A DNA stretch of 64,000 nt from Betaproteobacteria bacterium. Lineage in GTDB: Bacteria > Pseudomonadota > Gammaproteobacteria > Burkholderiales > SG8-41. The stretch spans positions 48,481 to 112,480 of the forward strand of contig JAKFYK010000018.1 of NCBI GenBank assembly GCA_021730905.1. Reading direction: 5' to 3'. A model generated the notes under the pieces. That model saw only the letters and a program-made list of their open reading frames with translations. It was not told the DNA's origin and searched no databases. Below are positions 9,513 through 17,461 of this stretch, piece by piece (within the stretch, counting starts at the first letter, position 1; each line of letters starts with the position of its first letter). The translations under genes and the position numbers were made by a program.

Positions 9513-11099
9513 ATGCTGCTGCAATCCGTGATATTCATCTCCGGCGGTGCGATACTCGCGCTGGAGTTGCTGGCGTCGCGCGTGATGACGCCCTACTTCG
9601 GGGTAAGCCTTTATATATGGACCGGCATCCTGTCCATCACTCTTGTCGCGCTGGCCACGGGATACTGGATCGGCGGCAGGCTCGCCAATGCACGCAGTGC
9701 TACACCCGCTGCCCTGATGGAACTCTACGGGCTGATGCCTGCGGTCGCCGCTGCTGGTATCGTGGCGGCATGCCTGATGTACCCCTTCGTGTTCGTACCG
9801 CTGGCCAACTGGAGTCTGGTGGGCGGATCGTTTGTCGCCTGTCTGCTGCTGCTCGCCATACCGCTGGTGGCGGCGTCGGCGATGAATCCGCTGCTGGTGG
9901 CCATACAGCGCCGCGCGGCGGGAGACGGCGGCGCGGGCCAGGTTTTCTTTGTCAGCACGCTGGGTTCGGTCGCCGGCGTGCTGGTGACCGCGTTCGGCCT
10001 GATTCCATTTGTGAGCAACTATGATTCGGTATTGATCGTTGCCGCCGTATTGGCGTTGCTGAGCATCGCCATCGCGGCTTTCCCGCCGCGCGACCTCAGG
10101 AAGCGCAGCCTTATCGGCGCAACATCGATGGTCGCGCTGATCGCCGCATTGCTGCTGTTGTGGCAAGCCGATGCCTATACCGGCCGCAAAGGGCCGATCA
10201 GCCATCTTGGCAAACAGTGGCATGTGGAAGCGACCTTCCGCTCGTTGTTCGGCACCGTAAAAATACTCAAGCACGAGCCGGATGCGGACGGCCAGTACTG
10301 GCGCATCTATTTTCAGGACGGGCTTACCCAGAATTCCGTCGAATCCAGCGGCCGCTCGCGTTCTTTCTATACCTATGCGCTGGAAGCGCTGGCGATGGCC
10401 TATCACCCGCAAGCGCGCAGCGCGCTGGCGCTGGGCCTCGGCGCGGGTATGACGCCGGCACGTCTGGCCGCGCGCGGCATCACCACTGAAATCGTGGAAA
10501 TCGATCCAGCTTCATTGCAGGCCGCGCGCCGTTTTTTTGGGCTCGACGAACACAAGACCGTGGTCCACCATGCCGATGCGCGCACCTTTGTCCACGCCTG
10601 CCCGCGAACCTACGATCTGGCGGTGGTTGATTTATTTCACGGCGACGGCACGCCTGATTACCTGATCACGCGCGACTTTTTCCGCGATTTGCGGCGCTGT
10701 ATCGGCGAACGCGGCATAGCCGTGTTCAATACCTTTGCCGATCTGGAGAATCCCGTCAGTTATGCGCATTTACTTACCACGCTGCGCTCAGAGTTGCCGC
10801 ATCTGGCGATCTACCGGCCCGCCTCGATCGGCGCATCGCATACCAACAGTTTCATTGTCGCCAGTGCCGTGCCGCTGCCCGCCATCACGCGCGTCACCAT
10901 GGATGACATGCCAACCCGCCATGAAACCACGCTGTGGGATATGCTGAGCGCACCCATGACGCTGACGACGGAACTGTTCGCCGGCGGCAAAATCATCAGC
11001 GACGCACACAATCGTGCGGCGCTCGATCTGGCCCATGTGCAACGGATCTATCGGCAGGCTGTGATCGGCAACACACCGCCTGCATTTCTGCTGAACTGA
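9513..11099 (+). CDS. Polytopic membrane domain fused to a spermidine-synthase-like (class I MTase-fold) domain
   Basis: ORF 9360-11099. Start chosen at MLLQSVIFISGG; alternatives are 9462 and 9360. About seven hydrophobic segments by eye. C-terminal domain has ALGLGAGMTPARLAARGITTEIVEIDP and VDLFHGDG. Divergent from paralog 6 and convergent with paralog 7. Confidence 0.7.
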   Translation: MLLQSVIFISGGAILALELLASRVMTPYFGVSLYIWTGILSITLVALATGYWIGGRLANARSATPAALMELYGLMPAVAAAGIVAACLMYPFVFVPLANWSLVGGSFVACLLLLAIPLVAASAMNPLLVAIQRRAAGDGGAGQVFFVSTLGSVAGVLVTAFGLIPFVSNYDSVLIVAAVLALLSIAIAAFPPRDLRKRSLIGATSMVALIAALLLLWQADAYTGRKGPISHLGKQWHVEATFRSLFGTVKILKHEPDADGQYWRIYFQDGLTQNSVESSGRSRSFYTYALEALAMAYHPQARSALALGLGAGMTPARLAARGITTEIVEIDPASLQAARRFFGLDEHKTVVHHADARTFVHACPRTYDLAVVDLFHGDGTPDYLITRDFFRDLRRCIGERGIAVFNTFADLENPVSYAHLLTTLRSELPHLAIYRPASIGASHTNSFIVASAVPLPAITRVTMDDMPTRHETTLWDMLSAPMTLTTELFAGGKIISDAHNRAALDLAHVQRIYRQAVIGNTPPAFLLN

Positions 11100-11102
11100 A
11101 GC

Positions 11103-12005
11103 TTACGGGCTTGATACGTCAAGCGGCTGCGGCGGAGACGTACGCTGTGCGGCGAATCGCTGCTTGCGCTCAGTATTTCCGCGCCTCACACGCAGCTCGC
11201 CGTTCAACGTGTCACCGTCGAATCGCGCTGAAACATGGTATTCCGCACCGGCCATTGCGCAGGTAAACGCCAGCACCGCACCGCTGACCGACACGTTCGT
11301 CAGCGGCAACAACTCCGTGCCACGCCGTACTGCGCCGCTCGCGCGCTGATAACGCTGGGTAATGGAAATCTCCACGGTTGCAGGTGGCACGTCCTCCACA
11401 CGCCACGACCATTCGCCGCTGAAATTCGCCGGCACTGTCCACAGGCGCAGCGTGCTGTCGCCGCCACTGCCGGCGTTGCGCGTGGGAGCGTATAGCGTCA
11501 GCGTCTCGTCAGGCGGCCAGCCCGGCAATGGAAACTCGTGCGCCACGATGCGCGCGCCGGGTTTCAGTTCCCTCAGCAACTTCGGCCGCACGCGCGCCAT
11601 CAACGGCGGCAACAGGAACAGCGTGATCACGCTGGCGCGGCTCACATCGGCCGCAATCAGGTCCCCGACTTCGAAGCGCGCGCGTTCGCCGAGCTTGTGC
11701 CGTTGCGCCTCGGCATTGCTTTTTTCCACCAGCGCCGCGTCGATGTCGATGCCCAGTCCGCGCGCACCGTAGCGTCTGGCTGCCGCGATGACGATGCGTC
11801 CGTCGCCGGAACCCAGGTCCATCACGAAATCGTCCGCCGTCACGCGCGCCAGTTCGAGCATGCGCTGCACGGTGGCGTCTGGTGTCGGAAAATAAAACGA
11901 GAAGGTTTCGTCAGTTGGCGACGCTGCGTGCAGCGCTTGCGGCCACGGTGCGGCCAGCGCAAATACGCCGAGCAAAAATTGGCGGCGCGTGAACCATGCG
12001 CTCAT
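11103..12005 (-). CDS. Exported class I SAM-MTase-fold protein plus C-terminal module, paralog 7 of 8
   Basis: ATG start gives MSAWFTRRQFLLGVFALAAPWPQALHA/A, which is twin-arginine-like. Alternative GTG start at 12029. Motifs VMDLGSGDGRIVIAAARRYG, GIDID, LKPGARIVAHEF. Confidence 0.75.
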   Translation of the reverse strand: MSAWFTRRQFLLGVFALAAPWPQALHAASPTDETFSFYFPTPDATVQRMLELARVTADDFVMDLGSGDGRIVIAAARRYGARGLGIDIDAALVEKSNAEAQRHKLGERARFEVGDLIAADVSRASVITLFLLPPLMARVRPKLLRELKPGARIVAHEFPLPGWPPDETLTLYAPTRNAGSGGDSTLRLWTVPANFSGEWSWRVEDVPPATVEISITQRYQRASGAVRRGTELLPLTNVSVSGAVLAFTCAMAGAEYHVSARFDGDTLNGELRVRRGNTERKQRFAAQRTSPPQPLDVSSP

Positions 12006-12041
12006 GAAAACCGCCGGAGTCTGGTTCACATGAAGTAATTA

Positions 12042-12056
12042 TAAGTATTTGTTTTT
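12042..12056 (-). repeat. Dispersed 15-mer, exact copy (plus strand reads TAAGTATTTGTTTTT)
   Basis: Read directly. Lies in the short gap between the paralog 8 stop and the paralog 7 start. Confidence 0.9.
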
Positions 12057-12061
12057 ATTTA

Positions 12062-12940
12062 CTATTTACCGATAGTCACACGCTCCGCCTGCCACTTGGC
12101 GTCTTTGCCATCGAGATTGACGACGCCGCTCATCGCGCCACCTTTGACCTTGCCGCGATAGTGATGCCGCACGGACGCGTTGCCCCAAATGGAAAAGCTG
12201 ATGTCTTCGCCATTCAACGCCACATCGGTGATGCTCATGCCGCGGGCGTTGGGCAACGCGCCGCTGACGGCATGATAATTCTGCTTGAGATCCACGTCGC
12301 GCGATACATCGGTGCCGGCCACCTTGATCTGCCAGCGTCCCGACACCTTTGCGGGAATCGTCCACAGATACAGCGTTGCGCTCGGCACGCCGTTGATCAG
12401 CTCTTTTTCCGGCACATCGAAGGTAATCCGGTCGTCGGCCTCCCAGTCGCCGAAATGATAGTCATGCGACACTACGCGTGCCCCGGGACGCAGTTCGTTG
12501 TAGATCTTGTCACGCAGATTCATCATCATCGCCGGCAGCAGATAAAGCGTTACCACCGTGGCACGCGACAGATCGGCCTTGAACACGTCCTGCGCCTGGA
12601 ATGCCGCGCGATCCCCGATACCGAATTTCTTCGCCGTGGCATTGGACAAGCGCACCAGTTCAGGATCAATTTCGATGCCCATGCCGCTGGCCTTCAGTTG
12701 CCGCGTCGCAGTGAGCACGATCACACCGTCACCGGAACCCAGATCCATTACAAAATCATTCGCACCCACGCGGCCAAAGCGCAGCATCTGATCCACCACC
12801 ACCTGCGGCGTGGGCACATAGGGTCCCCCGGTGCGTTCGATTTCCTTGACCTGCGCCTGCGCGCTTCCCGCGCACAAGGCGCCGATGAGCGCTGCCAAAA
12901 AAAATCGCCGTACGAAATGCATATTTCTGCTCCTGATCAC
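12062..12940 (-). CDS. Exported class I SAM-MTase-fold protein plus C-terminal module, paralog 8 of 8
   Basis: GTG start overlaps the upstream stop (GTGA). Alternative ATG at 12922. N-terminus MHFVRRFFLAALIGALCAGSAQA/Q has an RRxFL motif. Motifs VMDLGSGDGVIVLTATRQLK, GIEID, LRPGARVVSHDY. Confidence 0.75.
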   Translation of the reverse strand: MIRSRNMHFVRRFFLAALIGALCAGSAQAQVKEIERTGGPYVPTPQVVVDQMLRFGRVGANDFVMDLGSGDGVIVLTATRQLKASGMGIEIDPELVRLSNATAKKFGIGDRAAFQAQDVFKADLSRATVVTLYLLPAMMMNLRDKIYNELRPGARVVSHDYHFGDWEADDRITFDVPEKELINGVPSATLYLWTIPAKVSGRWQIKVAGTDVSRDVDLKQNYHAVSGALPNARGMSITDVALNGEDISFSIWGNASVRHHYRGKVKGGAMSGVVNLDGKDAKWQAERVTIGK

Positions 12941-13266
12941 GGTTTGGGTTTGGGTTTGGGCAGGCCGAGTTCGCCGGCCTTGCAGGCCTCGAAAATTTCG
13001 TGCACCGATGCTTCGCTGGTAAAACTCACACGCACCACCTGACGCAGCAGATTGAGTTCCTGCGCATCCAACTTTTGCTGCAGGTCGCTGCGCTCAATCT
13101 CTTTCATCACCGCGCTCAATGATGAACCCTGATCGCGCAGCTTCACCGTCGTCTGCGCCACCGCCACCACCTGATCGCATTCGAGCGTTGCGTATGCCGG
13201 GCCGCCCCACAAGAGGGAAAGAAAGGCGGCAAAAGCACCAATTAAGCCGGAAATTTTTCCTGACAT
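12937..13266 (-). CDS. Small secreted hypothetical protein with a KPKPKP tail
   Basis: Start taken at MSGKISGLIGAFAAFLSLLWGGPAYA/T. Two Cys residues. First gene of the paralog 8-7 unit. Confidence 0.5.
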   Translation of the reverse strand: MSGKISGLIGAFAAFLSLLWGGPAYATLECDQVVAVAQTTVKLRDQGSSLSAVMKEIERSDLQQKLDAQELNLLRQVVRVSFTSEASVHEIFEACKAGELGLPKPKPKP

Positions 13267-13343
13267 AATGTGCAATATTACCTTACTCCAATCACCGTTC
13301 GTTAGGTTAAAATGCGCCGCCTGTTTCCAAAACTGAATTCGCA

Positions 13344-14066
13344 ATGGCTCATATGAACCGCACCATCGCACAACGTTGCATGCCGCTGGTTTTCGCCGGG
13401 GTGAGCGCGTTGGGCATGTACAGTGGCCCGTGCGCGGCGGACATCTGGGGCTACGTCGACGACAAGGGTGTCGCCCACCTTAGTGATCATCAGGTCAATG
13501 AGCGTTATTTTTTGTTCAAGAAAGAAGCGCCGCGGCCCAAAGCAGAGGAACCCGACTATGCCGCGCTCGAACGCATGAGTGCGGTGGGATCCGTGACCGC
13601 CGTGAATCCTGCGCTGCGTGCGCAATTCGCGCCGCTGATCCTGCAAGTCGCTCAGGAATACGGTCTTGACGTATCGCTGCTGCACGCCATCATCACTGTC
13701 GAGTCCGGCTACAACCCGCAGGCCCGGTCGCCCGCCGGCGCCATCGGACTAATGCAACTGATGCCCGGCACTGCGCAAAAATACGGCGTGCGCAATATCT
13801 GGGACCCGCTCGAAAATCTGCAAGGCGGCGCGCGTTACCTGCGCTTCCTGCTCGCGATGTTTCCCAACAAGCTCGATCTGGTGCTGGCCGCTTACAACGC
13901 CGGCGAAGGCGCCGTGCAGCAAGCCGGCATGAAGATCCCGCCTTACGCCGAGACGCAGGCCTATGTGCCCAACGTCATCACGCAATACCAGCGTTACCGC
14001 GCGGCCGTGACACCCGCGGGCACCGTACCAGCGCCCACCACGAATCGCGAACTACTGATTCGCTAA
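13344..14066 (+). CDS. Lytic transglycosylase (SLT domain)
   Basis: 240 aa with an N-terminal signal. Motifs LLHAIITVESGYNPQARSPAGAIGLMQLMPGTA and AAYNAGEGAV. Confidence 0.85.
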   Translation: MAHMNRTIAQRCMPLVFAGVSALGMYSGPCAADIWGYVDDKGVAHLSDHQVNERYFLFKKEAPRPKAEEPDYAALERMSAVGSVTAVNPALRAQFAPLILQVAQEYGLDVSLLHAIITVESGYNPQARSPAGAIGLMQLMPGTAQKYGVRNIWDPLENLQGGARYLRFLLAMFPNKLDLVLAAYNAGEGAVQQAGMKIPPYAETQAYVPNVITQYQRYRAAVTPAGTVPAPTTNRELLIR

Positions 14067-14099
14067 CGACGCGTCGGGAACGCTCCGTTATACGCGCAT

Positions 14100-15335
14100 T
14101 TAGGTCTTGCACTTTCCCACCAGCAGCATACACACGAGTCCAGCCGCCGACGGAATCGCCATCAGCGCGAATGCGCTCGCATAGCTGCCCGATGCATGAT
14201 AGGCGAAAGTGAACACAATCGGGCCGATGAACTTGCCGATGTTCACCAGAAACAACGACCCGCCGGTAGCCGCACTGACAGATTGCGCCGGCGCGAGGCG
14301 CGCGACTTCCGCCAGAAACGCGCCGTTCCAGCCGCTGGCGGTGGTGCCCAGCACGAAGAACAGCGCGCACGATGCGATGACGGGCCACGCAGGCGTGATC
14401 GCGAGACACAGCACGGTCGTGACCGTCATCACCACGGCCAGCAGTGACAGCGCCTTGAAACAATCACGCAAAACATCCGCCACCCATCCCCAAAACAGAC
14501 GGCCCGCGACGCCACCCACCTGTGACGCCATCAGAATGAATCCCGCCTGCACCAGTCCGAGCTTCATTTCCTCGACGAAAAAAATCACCGTGAAGGTCGA
14601 TAGCGCAAGCTGCATGATCACAAACGCGCCGCCCGCGATGCCGAGCAGCCGCAAAGCGCGATCACGCCACACCATGGCGAGTCCGCCGAATGGATTGGCG
14701 ACCCACTGCGCCTGCGGATCCCGATCGTTGTCCCAATACGCGCGGCCACGCTGCATGCAAATCATCAGCAACGCCAGCGCCACCGCGTTGCCGGCCAGCG
14801 CCCACTGCCAGCCCACCCACACCGCGACTGCTGGCGCGATGCCCGCGGCAGCAATGCCGCCCAGCGGCACGCCGGTCTGCTTGACCGAAAAGATCAGGTT
14901 GCGGCGCTCGGGGGGCGTGAATCGCATCATGACCTGCGACGCCGCCGGCGACACCAGTCCGTAACCCAGTCCCATCGGCAGTGCCGACAGCAACATGAAT
15001 CCCTGATGCGGCAACATGGCGGCGATGCAGCCGACGATGCACAGCGCCAGTCCTAACTGACCGACGCGGCAGCCGCCCCAGCGCACCGAAAGGTGGCCGC
15101 ATAACACCAGCGACACCAGCATCGCCAGCGAAATCAGGCTCACCTGATAGCCGATCAGCGATGAACTGATGTGGTAACTTTCAACAACCTTGGGTGCAAC
15201 CGCCGGCAGGATTGACGTCGCCATGGTGCCCAGCGCCTGACCGAGCAGCAGCACGGTCAACAAAAAAACAAACGGTGGAGGATTGCTGATGCGGGACGGC
15301 TCGGCCTGATACCGGTGATCCTGCCGATTTACCAT
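14100..15335 (-). CDS. MFS transporter
   Basis: 411 aa with about 12 hydrophobic segments. Confidence 0.75.
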   Translation of the reverse strand: MVNRQDHRYQAEPSRISNPPPFVFLLTVLLLGQALGTMATSILPAVAPKVVESYHISSSLIGYQVSLISLAMLVSLVLCGHLSVRWGGCRVGQLGLALCIVGCIAAMLPHQGFMLLSALPMGLGYGLVSPAASQVMMRFTPPERRNLIFSVKQTGVPLGGIAAAGIAPAVAVWVGWQWALAGNAVALALLMICMQRGRAYWDNDRDPQAQWVANPFGGLAMVWRDRALRLLGIAGGAFVIMQLALSTFTVIFFVEEMKLGLVQAGFILMASQVGGVAGRLFWGWVADVLRDCFKALSLLAVVMTVTTVLCLAITPAWPVIASCALFFVLGTTASGWNGAFLAEVARLAPAQSVSAATGGSLFLVNIGKFIGPIVFTFAYHASGSYASAFALMAIPSAAGLVCMLLVGKCKT

Positions 15336-15362
15336 CTGACAGGATTAATAAAAAAGTATATT

Positions 15363-15377
15363 AAAAACATATACTTA
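15363..15377 (+). repeat. Dispersed 15-mer, 14/15 variant (AAAAACATATACTTA)
   Basis: Read directly. Lies in the gap between the tctA stop and the MFS start. A related AAAAAAGTATA sits just upstream. Confidence 0.8.
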
Positions 15378-15391
15378 TGATAACACACTAC

Positions 15392-16912
15392 TCAGGAAGC
15401 GTCGTCCAATCCCACCGAGGAACGCCAATCCTTTTTCCTGAACAGCAGCGGTTTCAGGCTGAACAGCAGCATCACCACCCCGATGCCGAGCATCGTCACC
15501 GCAATCGGCCGTTCCATGAAAATAGCGTAACTGCCCGCGCTCATCGCCAGCGATTGCCGCAGCGACAGTTCGAGCATGGGCGCGAGCACCAGTCCCAATG
15601 CCACCGGCGCGAGATCGAAACCGAATTTGCGCAGCACATAACCCACGCCGCCCATTGCCAGCATGATCCACACATCGACCACGGAGTTGCTTACCGAATA
15701 GCAACCCAGAATGCAGAACGCAAGGATGCATGGATACAAGTACGAATACGGGATACGCAGCAAACTCACAAACATACCCACCAGCGGCAAATTGAGTATC
15801 AGCAACACCACGTTGCCGACATACATGCTGGCAACGAATCCCCAGAACAGGTCGGGCCGTTGCGAGATCAGCATCGGTCCCGGTGAAATGCCATGCACCA
15901 TGATGGCGGCGATCATCACCGCCGTTACCGGACTCGTCGGTATACCCAGCGCCATCATCGGAATGAAGGCGCCGGTGGCCGCGGCATTGTTGGCTGATTC
16001 CGGCCCTGCCACACCCTCGATGGCGCCACGGCCGAAACGCTCCGGTGTTTTGGAGATGCGGCGTTCAATGCCATAAGCCACGAACGACGAAATGATATGC
16101 GCTGATCCGGGAATAATGCCGATCATAAATCCGATCACGCTGCCGCGCGCAATAGGGCCGATCGACTGCTTGAGTTCGCTGCGCGAAGGCATCAACTCGC
16201 GCAGCGACGGGTTTTTCGGCAGCGCCGGCATCTGCTGCGAGGCCGTCATGAGAATTTCCGATATGCCAAACAGCCCGACTGCCACCGGCACGATGCCGAT
16301 ACCGTCGGACAACTCGATCACATCAAAACTGAAGCGCGTGTAGCCACTCATGGCATCGATGCCGATCATGCCCAGCATCAGGCCGAACCCCGCCATCGCC
16401 AGCGTTTTCGCCATCGACCCACTCGTCATGTAGGCCAGCACCAGCAAGCCCATGAGCAACAATGCCGTGTATTCCGGCGGACCGAATCTCAGCGCGAAGT
16501 TCGCCAGCGTCGGCGCCAGCAACATCAAGCCCACCACGCCGAGCGTGCCGGCAACGAATGAGCCTATCGCGGCAATCGCCAGCGCCGGTCCCGCGCGGCC
16601 CTGTTGCGTCATCGCGTAACCGTCGATGCAGGTCATCACCGACGCCGCCTCGCCCGGCAAACGAATCAATATGGATGTAGTGGAGCCGCCGTACATCGCG
16701 CCGTAGTACACGCCCGCCAGCAGCACCACCGCGACGATGGGATTCAACCCGAACGTCACCGGCAGCAACATGCTGATGCCGGCAAGCGGCCCCACGCCCG
16801 GCAGCATGCCCACCAGCGTGCCGATGAAGCAGCCGATGAAAGCGTACATCAGCACCTGCGGCTGCAATGCCACACTGAATCCGATCAGCAGATTGTTGAA
16901 GGTTTCGACCAT
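15392..16912 (-). CDS. tctA: Tripartite tricarboxylate transporter, large permease TctA
   Basis: 506-aa polytopic protein in the order tctC-tctB-tctA. Confidence 0.85.
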   Translation of the reverse strand: MVETFNNLLIGFSVALQPQVLMYAFIGCFIGTLVGMLPGVGPLAGISMLLPVTFGLNPIVAVVLLAGVYYGAMYGGSTTSILIRLPGEAASVMTCIDGYAMTQQGRAGPALAIAAIGSFVAGTLGVVGLMLLAPTLANFALRFGPPEYTALLLMGLLVLAYMTSGSMAKTLAMAGFGLMLGMIGIDAMSGYTRFSFDVIELSDGIGIVPVAVGLFGISEILMTASQQMPALPKNPSLRELMPSRSELKQSIGPIARGSVIGFMIGIIPGSAHIISSFVAYGIERRISKTPERFGRGAIEGVAGPESANNAAATGAFIPMMALGIPTSPVTAVMIAAIMVHGISPGPMLISQRPDLFWGFVASMYVGNVVLLILNLPLVGMFVSLLRIPYSYLYPCILAFCILGCYSVSNSVVDVWIMLAMGGVGYVLRKFGFDLAPVALGLVLAPMLELSLRQSLAMSAGSYAIFMERPIAVTMLGIGVVMLLFSLKPLLFRKKDWRSSVGLDDAS

Positions 16913-16967
16913 TCAGGTTCAGGATTGAGCCGTCAGCGTATTGCTGAACCCTCGATCCTGGTTCCGT

Positions 16968-17444
16968 TTACACGCCCCACGGACTCACCGGCAGCGGCAC
17001 CCTCAACAACGTCGCAAACAGATAGTAGGTGGCGAGCGAAAATCCAATGCCGACCACCGCCACCATCACCGGCTTGCGCCTTTCCATTACGCCGAGAAAA
17101 AACACCAGCAACGCCGCCATGGTGATGCGATAGCCCAGGCGCTCCAGCGCATACGCCGCCACACCGCACGCGACCAGCAGCGCGATGGCGCGCCTGGTTT
17201 CTGTCCATTGCATCGCCACCAGCGGCATCGACTTGCCGCCGCTCAGCGTAACGAGCAAGCCCATCACCCCCATGAATATCGCCAGCAGCAGCGGCACATA
17301 GCCCGGCCCCGGCTCCGATAGCGAGCCTATCGGATACGCGCGGTTCATCCACCACACGTAGAGTGCGAGCGCCACCAGCATCAATCCCGAAACCCGGTCG
17401 CTGCGCAGTTGCCGCCCACTGGACGACGCTGGTTCCTGAGCCAT
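16968..17444 (-). CDS. tctB: Tripartite tricarboxylate transporter, small subunit TctB
   Basis: 158 aa with 4 hydrophobic segments, located between tctC and tctA. Confidence 0.75.
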   Translation of the reverse strand: MAQEPASSSGRQLRSDRVSGLMLVALALYVWWMNRAYPIGSLSEPGPGYVPLLLAIFMGVMGLLVTLSGGKSMPLVAMQWTETRRAIALLVACGVAAYALERLGYRITMAALLVFFLGVMERRKPVMVAVVGIGFSLATYYLFATLLRVPLPVSPWGV

Positions 17445-17461
17445 GTGTGATTGCGTCTTGA

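Noticed and set aside
12041-12056. Resemblance of ATAAGTATTTGTTTTT to E. coli Ter sites (ATAAGTATGTTGTAACTA).
   Set aside because: Only the first 8 nt match and the GTTGTAAC core is absent. Eleven copies in 64 kb in mixed orientation are incompatible with replication-termination sites.
12941-12960. GGTTTG x3 hexamer repeat.
   Set aside because: It is only three units and lies inside a CDS, where it encodes the KPKPKP tail. It is not a CRISPR array or a meaningful microsatellite.
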